This document shows positions 1-7,047 of a stretch of 9,102 bases of DNA, piece after piece (positions within the stretch are counted from its first letter, which is position 1; every line of letters begins with the position of its first letter). The notes under the pieces are model-generated. The model had not been told where the DNA came from and searched no databases. It was given only the letters and a program-made list of their open reading frames with translations. Where the stretch lies: IMG/VR virus record IMGVR_UViG_2547132281_000003, positions 1 to 9,102 of that record; one strand, 5' to 3'. A program made the translations under genes and the position numbers. Origin of the DNA: a virus (Duplodnaviria > Heunggongvirae > Uroviricota > Caudoviricetes).

Positions 1-648
1 ATGAAACACCGGACCTGGATCACTGAAGCTTTACGTCTTCACTTTGAAGAACATTTACCCCGGGTTGTGGCCGGGCGTCGCCTGGGTGTACCAAAATCAA
101 CAGTTTGTAGTATGTTCGTGCGCTTTCGGAGAGCTGGCCTTTCGTGGCCTTTGCCCGCAGGCATGTCGGAGCAGGAACTTGATGCCTGCCTTTACGGACA
201 ATTTTCCACGGTACCAGTCGTACGTCCTGAAAGCACCGTTATATCCGAAGCCCCCGTGGTAAAAAAACGTCCCCGGCGGCCCAACTTCCCTTATGAGTTT
301 AAAATCGCCTTAGTGGAGCAGTCACTGCAGCCCGGAGCCTGTGTGGCGCAGATCGCCCGGGAAAACGGAATCAACGATAACCTGCTCTTCAACTGGCGCC
401 ATCAATACCGGAAAGGTGGCCTGCTGCCTTCCGGAAAAAATATGCCGGCACTGCTTCCCGTGACGTTAACGCCGGAGCCGGATAATAAAATCCCGGCCCC
501 CGCACAGGAACCAGAGCAGATAAATACACCGTCCGACAGTCTGTGTTGTGAGCTGGTTCTGCCGGCCGGAACTCTCAGGCTTAAAGGTAAACTGACGCCG
601 GCGTTATTACAGACACTTATCCGCGAAATAAAAGGGAGCAGCCACTGA
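1..648 (+). CDS. tnpA: IS66-family accessory protein TnpA (orf1) with an extra ~85-aa N-terminal helix-turn-helix-like region
   Basis: The C-terminal ~130 aa (PNFPYEFKIALVEQSL...ENGINDNLLFNWRHQYRKG) aligns with the orf1 of copy 2 at 2726..3127. Its TGA stop (646-648) overlaps the tnpB ATG (648-650). The N-terminal segment (GRRLGVPKSTVCSMFVRFRRAGLSWPLP) has no counterpart in copy 2. Confidence 0.75.
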   Translation: MKHRTWITEALRLHFEEHLPRVVAGRRLGVPKSTVCSMFVRFRRAGLSWPLPAGMSEQELDACLYGQFSTVPVVRPESTVISEAPVVKKRPRRPNFPYEFKIALVEQSLQPGACVAQIARENGINDNLLFNWRHQYRKGGLLPSGKNMPALLPVTLTPEPDNKIPAPAQEPEQINTPSDSLCCELVLPAGTLRLKGKLTPALLQTLIREIKGSSH

Positions 649-995
649 TGATATCTCTCCCTGCAGGTTCGCGTATCTGGCTGGTTGCAGGTATCACCGA
701 TATGCGAAATGGCTTTAACGGCCTGGCATCAAAAGTTCAGAACGTCCTGAAGGATGACCCGTTCTCCGGACACCTGTTCATCTTCCGCGGACGCCGGGGT
801 GACCAGATAAAAGTGTTGTGGGCTGACAGTGACGGACTGTGCCTCTTCACCAAACGCCTGGAGCGGGGCCGCTTCGTCTGGCCAGTCACCCGTGACGGCA
901 AGGTGCACCTTACTCCGGCTCAGTTATCCATGCTTCTTGAAGGTATCAACTGGAAGCACCCGAAACGAACGGAACGCGCTGGAATCCGCATATAA
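648..995 (+). CDS. tnpB: IS66-family TnpB (orf2), 115 aa
   Basis: Typical IS66 orf2 sequence ([16 protein letters not shown]...LFIFRGRRGDQIKVLW...KRLERGRF). It is highly similar to the 115-aa ORF at 3124..3471 and is start/stop coupled to tnpA. Confidence 0.9.
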   Translation: MISLPAGSRIWLVAGITDMRNGFNGLASKVQNVLKDDPFSGHLFIFRGRRGDQIKVLWADSDGLCLFTKRLERGRFVWPVTRDGKVHLTPAQLSMLLEGINWKHPKRTERAGIRI

Positions 996-1014
996 CCCGT
1001 TGTAAAGTGAGGAT

Positions 1015-2586
1015 ATGGACACCTCACTTGCTCATGAGAACGCCCGCCTGCGGGCACTGTTGCAGACGCAACAGGACACCATCCGCCAGATGGCTGAATA
1101 CAACCGCCTGCTCTCACAGCGGGTGGCGGCTTATGCTTCCGAAATCAACCGGCTGAAGGCGCTGGTTGCGAAACTGCAGCGCATGCAGTTCGGTAAAAGC
1201 TCAGAAAAACTTCGTGCAAAAACCGAACGGCAGATACAGGAAGCACAGGAGCGAATCAGCGCACTTCAGGAAGAAATGGCGGAAACGCTGGGTGAGCAAT
1301 ATGACCCGGTACTGCCATCCGCCCTGCGCCAGTCTTCAGCCCGTAAACCGTTACCGGCCTCACTTCCCCGTGAAACCCGGGTTATCCGGCCGGAAGAGGA
1401 ATGCTGTCCTGCCTGTGGTGGTGAACTCAGTTCTCTGGGATGTGATGTGTCAGAGCAACTGGAGCTTATCAGCAGCGCCTTTAAGGTTATCGAAACACAA
1501 CGTCCGAAACAGGCCTGTTGCCGGTGCGACCATATCGTGCAGGCACCAGTACCTTCAAAACCCATTGCACGCAGTTATGCCGGAGCGGGGCTTCTGGCCC
1601 ATGTTGTCACCGGGAAATATGCAGACCATCTGCCGTTATACCGCCAGTCAGAAATATACCGTCGTCAGGGAGTGGAGCTGAGCCGTGCCACACTGGGGCG
1701 CTGGACAGGTGCTGTTGCTGAACTGCTGGAGCCGCTGTATGACGTCCTGCGCCAGTATGTGCTGATGCCCGGTAAAGTCCATGCTGATGATATCCCCGTC
1801 CCGGTCCAGGAGCCGGGCAGCGGTAAAACCCGGACAGCCCGGCTGTGGGTCTACGTCCGTGATGACCGTAACGCCGGTTCACAGATGCCCCCGGCGGTCT
1901 GGTTCGCGTACAGTCCGGACCGGAAAGGTATCCATCCACAAAATCACCTGGCCGGTTACAGCGGTGTGCTTCAGGCCGATGCTTACGGTGGTTACCGGGC
2001 GTTATACGAATCCGGCAGAATAACGGAAGCCGCGTGTATGGCTCATGCCCGGAGAAAAATCCACGATGTGCATGCAAGAGCGCCCACCGACATCACCACG
2101 GAAGCCCTGCAGCGTATCGGTGAACTGTATGCCATCGAGGCAGAGGTCCGGGGCTGTTCAGCAGAACAGCGTCTGGCGGCAAGAAAAGCCAGAGCCGCGC
2201 CACTGATGCAGTCACTGTATGACTGGATACAGCAACAGATGAAAACACTGTCGCGTCACTCAGATACGGCAAAAGCGTTCGCATACCTGCTGAAACAGTG
2301 GGATGCACTGAACGTGTACTGCAGTAATGGCTGGGTGGAAATCGACAACAACATCGCAGAGAACGCCTTACGGGGAGTGGCCGTAGGCCGGAAAAACTGG
2401 ATGTTCGCGGGTTCCGACAGCGGTGGTGAACATGCGGCGGTGTTGTACTCGCTGATCGGCACATGCCGTCTGAACAATGTGGAGCCAGAAAAGTGGCTGC
2501 GTTACGTCATTGAACATATCCAGGACTGGCCGGCAAACCGGGTACGCGATCTGTTGCCCTGGAAAGTTGATCTGAGCTCTCAGTAA
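1015..2586 (+). CDS. tnpC: IS66-family DDE transposase TnpC (orf3), 523 aa, ISEc8-like
   Basis: N-terminal leucine-zipper-like coiled coil, CxxC...CxxC zinc finger (CCPACGG...CCRCDH), and DDE-region motifs [14 protein letters not shown] and [16 protein letters not shown] Shine-Dalgarno sits at 1007-1011. Confidence 0.92.
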   Translation: MDTSLAHENARLRALLQTQQDTIRQMAEYNRLLSQRVAAYASEINRLKALVAKLQRMQFGKSSEKLRAKTERQIQEAQERISALQEEMAETLGEQYDPVLPSALRQSSARKPLPASLPRETRVIRPEEECCPACGGELSSLGCDVSEQLELISSAFKVIETQRPKQACCRCDHIVQAPVPSKPIARSYAGAGLLAHVVTGKYADHLPLYRQSEIYRRQGVELSRATLGRWTGAVAELLEPLYDVLRQYVLMPGKVHADDIPVPVQEPGSGKTRTARLWVYVRDDRNAGSQMPPAVWFAYSPDRKGIHPQNHLAGYSGVLQADAYGGYRALYESGRITEAACMAHARRKIHDVHARAPTDITTEALQRIGELYAIEAEVRGCSAEQRLAARKARAAPLMQSLYDWIQQQMKTLSRHSDTAKAFAYLLKQWDALNVYCSNGWVEIDNNIAENALRGVAVGRKNWMFAGSDSGGEHAAVLYSLIGTCRLNNVEPEKWLRYVIEHIQDWPANRVRDLLPWKVDLSSQ

Positions 2587-2590
2587 ATAT

Positions 2591-2616
2591 CAATACGGTT
2601 CTGACGAGTCGCTTAC
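2591..2616. repeat. Right terminal inverted repeat of IS66 copy 1
   Basis: CAATACGGTTCTGACGAGTCGCTTAC closely matches the right end of copy 2 (5071..5096) and ends with CGCTTAC. Confidence 0.7.
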
Positions 2617-2646
2617 GATTATCAAGCTCAATTATAACTTTTTCCA

Positions 2647-2654
2647 TTTTCCAC
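2647..2654. repeat. Target-site duplication (left copy), TTTTCCAC
   Basis: The 8 bp immediately left of the GTAAGCG terminus at 2655 are identical to the 8 bp immediately right of the CGCTTAC terminus (5097..5104). An 8-bp duplication is characteristic of the IS66 family. Confidence 0.85.
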
Positions 2655-2680
2655 GTAAGCGTACAGCCTGAACCGTCTGG
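2655..2680. repeat. Left terminal inverted repeat of IS66 copy 2
   Basis: Starts GTAAGCGT; it pairs with the reverse complement of 5071..5096 (GTAAGCGTGCAGCAAGAACCGT...) with a few mismatches. Confidence 0.75.
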
Positions 2681-2746
2681 TCAGAATCTGACAAATTAGA
2701 CAAAGTGGTGTCCACCAAATAAGTAGTGGGAACCAAAGTGTCAGAT

Positions 2747-3127
2747 ATGCAGAAAAATGTGACTCCCGGCAGGCGAAAAGGCTGCCCTAATTATCCTCCC
2801 GAATTTAAACAGCAGCTCGTTGCTGCCTCCTGTGAACCCGGGATATCCATCTCAAAACTTGCTCTTGAAAATGGCATTAACGCCAATCTGTTGTTCAAAT
2901 GGCGACAACAATGGCGCGAGGGAAAGCTGCTATTACCTTCTTCAGAGAGCCCCCAGCTACTTCCTGTGACTCTCGATGCAGCTGCCGAACAGCCAGAATC
3001 GCTCGCAGAGGACCCGGAAACCCTCAGTATCAGCTGTGAGGTAACGTTCCGGCACGGGACGCTCCGCTTCAATGGCAATGTCAGCGAAAAGCTCCTGACT
3101 CTGCTGATACAGGAACTGAAGCGATGA
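2747..3127 (+). CDS. tnpA: IS66-family TnpA (orf1); the ORF track begins at GTG 2726, the first ATG is at 2747
   Basis: Conserved orf1 core (YPPEFKQQLVAASCEPGISISKLALENGINANLLFKWRQQWREGK) parallels the copy 1 orf1. The stop and the tnpB start overlap as ATGA (3124-3127). Confidence 0.8.
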   Translation: MQKNVTPGRRKGCPNYPPEFKQQLVAASCEPGISISKLALENGINANLLFKWRQQWREGKLLLPSSESPQLLPVTLDAAAEQPESLAEDPETLSISCEVTFRHGTLRFNGNVSEKLLTLLIQELKR

Positions 3128-3471
3128 TCCCGTTACCTTCCGGGACCAAAATTTGGCTGGTTGCCGGTATCACCGATATGAGAAATGGCTTCAACGGCCT
3201 GGCTGCGAAAGTACAAACGGCGCTGAAAGACGATCCCATGTCCGGCCATGTTTTCATTTTCCGGGGCCGCAGCGGCAGTCAGGTTAAACTGCTGTGGTCC
3301 ACCGGTGACGGACTGTGCCTCCTGACCAAACGGCTGGAGCGTGGGCGCTTCGCCTGGCCGTCAGCCCGTGATGGCAAAGTGTTCCTTACGCAGGCGCAGC
3401 TGGCGATGCTGCTGGAAGGTATCGACTGGCGACAGCCCAAGCGGTTGCTGACCTCCCTGACCATGCTGTAA
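3124..3471 (+). CDS. tnpB: IS66-family TnpB (orf2), 115 aa
   Basis: Same length as the copy 1 TnpB and similar over most of it ([18 protein letters not shown]...TKRLERGRF), with its ATG in the ATGA overlap with the tnpA stop. Confidence 0.9.
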   Translation: MIPLPSGTKIWLVAGITDMRNGFNGLAAKVQTALKDDPMSGHVFIFRGRSGSQVKLLWSTGDGLCLLTKRLERGRFAWPSARDGKVFLTQAQLAMLLEGIDWRQPKRLLTSLTML

Positions 3472-3496
3472 ATCTCTTTATCCTGGTTGTCACAGA

Positions 3497-3522
3497 ATAA
3501 GCCCGGTAAAATACGGGCTTAT
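3497..3522 (+). promoter_or_regulatory. Stem-loop overlapping the tnpC start codon of IS copy 2 (possible translational control)
   Basis: ATAAGCCCG (3497-3505) and CGGGCTTAT (3514-3522) are perfect 9-bp inverted arms around an 8-nt loop. The second arm contains the AT of the tnpC ATG (3521-3523), and no obvious Shine-Dalgarno precedes it. Confidence 0.4.
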
Positions 3523-5059
3523 GAACGACATCTCTTCTGACGACATCTTCCTGCTGAAACAGCGCCTGGCCGAACAGGAAGCGCTGATCCACGCCCTGCA
3601 GGAAAAGCTGAGCAACCGGGAGCGCGAAATAGACCATCTGCAGGCGCAGCTGGATAAACTCCGCCGGATGAACTTCGGCAGTCGTTCCGAAAAAGTCTCC
3701 CGCCGTATCGCACAAATGGAAGCCGATCTGAACCGGCTTCAGAAAGAGAGCGATACGCTGACTGGTAGGGTGTATGACCCGGCTGTACAGCGTCCGTTGC
3801 GTCAGACCCGCACCCGTAAGCCGTTCCCTGAATCACTACCCCGTGACGAAAAGCGACTGTTGCCTGCGGCGCCGTGCTGCCCGAACTGCGGCGGTTCACT
3901 GAGCTATCTGGGCGAGGATACCGCCGAACAGCTGGAGTTGATGCGTAGTGCCTTCCGGGTTATCCGGACGGTACGGGAAAAACATGCCTGTACTCAGTGC
4001 GATGCCATCGTGCAGGCACCTGCACCTTCGCGGCCCATCGAGCGGGGTATCGCCGGACCGGGGCTGCTGGCCCGCGTGCTGACCTCGAAGTATGCAGAGC
4101 ACACCCCGCTGTATCGCCAGTCAGAAATATACGGCCGGCAAGGTGTGGAGCTGAGCCGTTCACTGCTGTCGGGCTGGGTGGATGCATGCTGCCGGCTGCT
4201 GTCTCCGCTGGAAGAGGCGCTTCATGGCTATGTCATGACTGACGGCAAACTCCATGCCGATGATACCCCGGTCCAGGTACTGCTGCCGGGTAATAAGAAG
4301 ACGAAGACCGGGCGGTTGTGGGCGTATGTTCGTGATGACCGCAATGCCGGGTCAGCGTTGGCACCTGCAGTGTGGTTCGCTTACAGCCCGGACAGAAAAG
4401 GCATCCATCCGCAGACTCATCTTGCCTGCTTCAGCGGTGTGCTGCAAGCGGATGCGTACGCCGGGTTCAACGAGCTGTATCGCAATGGTGGGATAACGGA
4501 AGCTGCCTGCTGGGCTCATGCCCGCCGAAAGATCCACGATGTGCACGTCCGCATCCCGTCAGCACTGACGGAAGAAGCCCTGGAGCAGATCGGTCAGTTG
4601 TACGCCATAGAGGCGGATATAAGGGGAATGCCGGCAGAGCAGCGGCTTGCTGAACGTCAGCGAAAAACGAAACCGCTGTTGAAATCCCTGGAAAGCTGGT
4701 TGCGTGAAAAGATGAAAACCCTGTCGCGACACTCAGAACTGGCGAAAGCGTTCGCATACGCCCTGAACCAGTGGCCGGCGCTGACGTACTATGCAGATGA
4801 TGGCTGGGCTGAGGCGGACAATAACATCGCTGAAAATGCGTTGCGGATGGTCAGTCTGGGCCGCAAAAACTACCTGTTCTTCGGTTCGGATCATGGAGGA
4901 GAGCGGGGAGCGCTGCTGTACAGCCTGATCGGGACGTGCAAACTGAACGGAGTGGAGCCAGAAAGCTACCTCCGCTATGTCCTTGACGTCATAGCCGACT
5001 GGCCGATAAACCGGGTCGGCGAACTGCTCCCCTGGCGCGTAGCACTGCCGACTGAATAA
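3521..5059 (+). CDS. tnpC: IS66-family DDE transposase TnpC (orf3), 512 aa
   Basis: Coiled-coil N-terminus, zinc finger (CCPNCGG...CTQCD), and motifs [14 protein letters not shown] and [10 protein letters not shown]. It is collinear with the copy 1 TnpC but clearly divergent from it. Confidence 0.92.
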   Translation: MNDISSDDIFLLKQRLAEQEALIHALQEKLSNREREIDHLQAQLDKLRRMNFGSRSEKVSRRIAQMEADLNRLQKESDTLTGRVYDPAVQRPLRQTRTRKPFPESLPRDEKRLLPAAPCCPNCGGSLSYLGEDTAEQLELMRSAFRVIRTVREKHACTQCDAIVQAPAPSRPIERGIAGPGLLARVLTSKYAEHTPLYRQSEIYGRQGVELSRSLLSGWVDACCRLLSPLEEALHGYVMTDGKLHADDTPVQVLLPGNKKTKTGRLWAYVRDDRNAGSALAPAVWFAYSPDRKGIHPQTHLACFSGVLQADAYAGFNELYRNGGITEAACWAHARRKIHDVHVRIPSALTEEALEQIGQLYAIEADIRGMPAEQRLAERQRKTKPLLKSLESWLREKMKTLSRHSELAKAFAYALNQWPALTYYADDGWAEADNNIAENALRMVSLGRKNYLFFGSDHGGERGALLYSLIGTCKLNGVEPESYLRYVLDVIADWPINRVGELLPWRVALPTE

Positions 5060-5070
5060 CACATCCCCGT

Positions 5071-5096
5071 CAATACGGTTCTTGCTGCACGCTTAC
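5071..5096. repeat. Right terminal inverted repeat of IS66 copy 2
   Basis: CAATACGGTTCTTGCTGCACGCTTAC; ends with CGCTTAC and is followed directly by the TTTTCCAC duplication. Confidence 0.75.
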
Positions 5097-5104
5097 TTTT
5101 CCAC
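5097..5104. repeat. Target-site duplication (right copy), TTTTCCAC
   Basis: Identical to 2647..2654. Confidence 0.85.
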
Positions 5105-5197
5105 CAACCTGTCCAACTTTAAAAAGTTACTTTTAAGTATATGATAAACATAGTTTATTAAACGTGATCCACTACTTTTAATGAAGAATATTCCCCA

Positions 5198-5233
5198 AAA
5201 CAGAAAGCCCCTCGACTGAGGGGCTTTCTGTTT
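5198..5233 (-). terminator. Intrinsic (potentially bidirectional) terminator hairpin immediately downstream of ogr
   Basis: AAACAGAAAGCCCCTC-GACT-GAGGGGCTTTCTGTTT is a perfect 16-bp inverted repeat with a 4-nt loop and a GC-rich stem, flanked by A-rich and T-rich runs. It lies 4 nt beyond the ogr stop. Confidence 0.75.
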
Positions 5234-5237
5234 GTAA

Positions 5238-5456
5238 TTACATCCACATAATTTGCTGCCCTGACGGCAACGGGTGCGGCCTCACGGCGTGGACTTCTCC
5301 CGGCTTCACGATGTATCGCTGTACCGACTCATAAGTGATGAACGTGGCGCTGCAATTCACGTTCTGGCACTGGTGATAACGCTCTTTTGTCGTGTCAGTG
5401 ATATAGCGACTTGTACGCGCATGTGCGGCATGCTGGCATAAAGGACAATGAAACAT
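5238..5456 (-). CDS. ogr: Ogr/Delta-family zinc-finger late-gene transcriptional activator, 72 aa
   Basis: MFHCPLCQHAAHARTSRYITDTTKERYHQCQNVNCSATF... matches phage P2 Ogr as I remember it, with the four zinc-binding Cys. A GGAAGAGG Shine-Dalgarno precedes the ATG at 5456. The 99-aa ORF in the track (start 5537) is an upstream in-frame extension. Confidence 0.93.
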   Translation of the reverse strand: MFHCPLCQHAAHARTSRYITDTTKERYHQCQNVNCSATFITYESVQRYIVKPGEVHAVRPHPLPSGQQIMWM

Positions 5457-5536
5457 CGCGAGCACCTCTTCCGGTTTTGTTAATGGTGCCATTTTATTTA
5501 ATTTATCCTTATAAAACAAACAGATAAAACAAAGCA
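5457..5536 (-). promoter_or_regulatory. Probable ogr promoter and ribosome-binding region (D-ogr intergenic)
   Basis: AT-rich 80-bp spacer between the D stop and the ogr start, with TTGTTT...TATAAG-like elements on the minus strand. This is a by-eye assignment only. Confidence 0.35.
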
Positions 5537-6700
5537 TTAATCATCATCTTCTGTTTCGTACTCCACATCAGAAAGCCTGACCTCAAGCTCTAAGGACGTC
5601 GTGAAGCCGCTATTATTCAGAAAATGTGTCACCTTAGTGATTGTCCAGTCCTGCTCGTCTATGACGCGCTTAAAGCCTGACACTCTGACCGGTGTTTCCG
5701 TGTAAATATCAGCACGACCAGTGGCAAGGCTGATGGAGAACTCCGCAACGCCCCGTTGCAGTTTATCCCACTTCGCCTGAGCGGCGCGCATGGCCTGCGC
5801 TTTCGTGGCATATACCGTAGTCAGGGCAAAAACGTTGTCAGCCTCACCGGCCATGTATTCACCTTCGCGCGCTTCCGGTACTTTTGGCGCTTTCTTCTGC
5901 GTGACCGGTTTTGCTTTCGGGTGCTCCAGTGCGCGCAGGTGTTTTTCTTTCTTTTTGCGTTTCAGTTTTACCTTCTGCTTTTGTGGTTTCGGGTCTTTGG
6001 TGTGTAACCACTTTGCCGTTACGCCGGTATAGGCTCCACGGTCAGCAATCGCAAAATGATGGCGGTCGCCGTCGCTGCGGGTTATGGTGACCTGCGGGAT
6101 TTTTTTACCGCTGGCCGTCACCCCCTGCCCCGCTTTGAGAAACAACAGTTTTCCCATTTTTACCGAGACCTCACCGCCGTTGCGTTCTGCAAGACGGGTC
6201 AGGAATTTCGCATCAGACTCCTGCGACTGGTCGATGTGCGGGATTTTAATTCCGGCCAGTGACGGAGCGACACTGGCTTCCAGCCTGTTACGGGAGGCTA
6301 TCGCCTCAACAATCGCACCGAGCGTGGTGTCATGCCAGGAGCCTTCCCGGCGGGAATTGAGCGTCCCGCGAAAATCTGCACTCCGGGCGCGGATGGTGAC
6401 CACATCCGGAGCGCCCCGGTGTTCAACCTCATCAACGGTAAATTTCCCTTTGCATACCAGGGCAAAACCTTTCCAGCCGATATAAACCGTCAGGACAGCG
6501 CCACGAACCGGCAGCCCGACCTGCCCGTCGGCATCGTTCAGTTCAATATCAAGCTGGTCAGCCTCAAAGCCCCGGTTATCCGTCAGGGTCATACTCATCA
6601 GACGGTCGCTGATATTGCCGGTAATATCCCTGCTGTCGAGCATCAGCATGTAATCCGGCGTCAGCGTACTGCCTGCATCAAATGTCAGCGCATCCAGCAT
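5537..6700 (-). CDS. D: P2 gpD-like tail protein (late control gene D), 387 aa, apparently full length
   Basis: Length and sequence match P2 gpD as I remember it (MLDALTFDAGSTLTPDYMLMLDSRDITGNISDRLMSMTL...). Its start overlaps the stop of the upstream U-like ORF (TAATG). Confidence 0.92.
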   Translation of the reverse strand: MLDALTFDAGSTLTPDYMLMLDSRDITGNISDRLMSMTLTDNRGFEADQLDIELNDADGQVGLPVRGAVLTVYIGWKGFALVCKGKFTVDEVEHRGAPDVVTIRARSADFRGTLNSRREGSWHDTTLGAIVEAIASRNRLEASVAPSLAGIKIPHIDQSQESDAKFLTRLAERNGGEVSVKMGKLLFLKAGQGVTASGKKIPQVTITRSDGDRHHFAIADRGAYTGVTAKWLHTKDPKPQKQKVKLKRKKKEKHLRALEHPKAKPVTQKKAPKVPEAREGEYMAGEADNVFALTTVYATKAQAMRAAQAKWDKLQRGVAEFSISLATGRADIYTETPVRVSGFKRVIDEQDWTITKVTHFLNNSGFTTSLELEVRLSDVEYETEDDD

Positions 6701-7047
6701 TATCCCGCCCCCGTCATACCCGTGAATCTGGTCGCCATACTGCCAGCCTTACCGATGAGCGATTCCGCCTGTTTACCGATATCGCCATAAAGCGCGGCCA
6801 GTGATTCATCAACGCGGGTGAGTGACAGCGTAAAATCAATTTTCCGGGGTGTGCCGTCTGCAAAGAAAATACTCCCTGTTTCACTCACCCTGCTGATGAC
6901 ATACATGCCGTAAATCATGCCGGTGCCATCCAGCAACGGCCACGCCCGTCCCTCCTCTGCCATCAGCCTGAGCGTGGTCATCGTCAGCTTGCCGCCGGTC
7001 AGTTCGGGATAAAGCACACCGGCCAGCGTCATGTTTTCCTCACCCAC
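6700..7047 (-). CDS. U: P2 gpU-like tail protein, probably N-terminally truncated (possible pseudogene)
   Basis: The C-terminal ~110 aa (TLAGVLYPELTGGKLTMTTLRLMAEEGRAWPLLDGTGMIYG...) resemble gpU. The track start is a GTG at 7047; the first ATG is at 7030-7032. The same frame stays open upstream to a stop at 7108-7110. My recollection is that P2 gpU is about 159 aa, so roughly 25-50 N-terminal residues appear to be missing. Confidence 0.65.
   Translation of the reverse strand: MGEENMTLAGVLYPELTGGKLTMTTLRLMAEEGRAWPLLDGTGMIYGMYVISRVSETGSIFFADGTPRKIDFTLSLTRVDESLAALYGDIGKQAESLIGKAGSMATRFTGMTGAG

Larger units (their letters stand above)
1..2616 (+). mobile_element. IS66-family insertion sequence, copy 1 (tnpA-tnpB-tnpC); left end outside the window, right inverted repeat ends at 2616
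   Basis: Three co-oriented ORFs in the canonical IS66 arrangement, followed 4 bp after the tnpC stop by a terminal repeat ending CGCTTAC (reverse complement of the IS66-type GTAAGCG terminus). Confidence 0.85.
2655..5096 (+). mobile_element. Complete IS66-family insertion sequence, copy 2 (~2.44 kb; distinct member from copy 1)
   Basis: Left terminus GTAAGCGTACAGCCTGAACCGT... and right terminus ...CAATACGGTTCTTGCTGCACGCTTAC form imperfect inverted repeats of about 22-26 bp. It contains tnpA-tnpB-tnpC and is flanked by a perfect 8-bp direct repeat. Confidence 0.88.

Noticed and set aside
44-262. 72-aa ORF in an alternative frame inside tnpA of IS copy 1
   Set aside because: It lies entirely within the supported TnpA frame and has no recognisable features.
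1166-2477. Overlapping and antisense ORFs within the IS copy 1 tnpC (for example 1166..1681 +, 1607..2077 -, 2093..2464 -)
   Set aside because: Spurious frames expected in GC-rich transposase genes. Their translations are Arg/Pro/Cys-rich, and each overlaps the well-supported TnpC frame.
3497-3520. AAGCCCG...CGGGCTT near the copy 2 tnpC start as a possible phage attachment core (it resembles part of the P2 core)
   Set aside because: It lies inside the IS66 element between tnpB and tnpC and forms a local hairpin. The resemblance is limited to a short GC-rich heptamer.
3386-5062. Antisense and alternative-frame ORFs within IS copy 2 (for example 3519..3899 -, 4733..5062 -)
   Set aside because: Same reasoning: shadow ORFs of tnpB/tnpC with no independent support.
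5105-5197. Possible P2 attachment core or CyaR-like sRNA between IS copy 2 and the ogr terminator
   Set aside because: I looked for the P2 locI core (AAAAAATAAGCCCGTGTAAGGGAGATT, as I remember it) and its complement and did not find it. This phage may use a different site, or the site may lie beyond the IS insertion; it cannot be called from this window.
5238-5537. 99-aa ORF-track version of ogr starting at 5537 (MLCFICLFYKDKLNK...)
   Set aside because: The Ogr family protein is 72 aa beginning MFHCPLC. The internal ATG at 5456 has a good Shine-Dalgarno, whereas the upstream extension would overlap the D stop codon and has no homology support.
5756-6790. Plus-strand ORFs of 68-152 aa (5756..6007, 5790..6032, 6056..6262, 6084..6485, 6332..6790) inside the gpD region
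   Set aside because: They are antisense shadow ORFs of the clearly homologous minus-strand D gene, with low-complexity or Cys/Phe-rich translations and no start signals.
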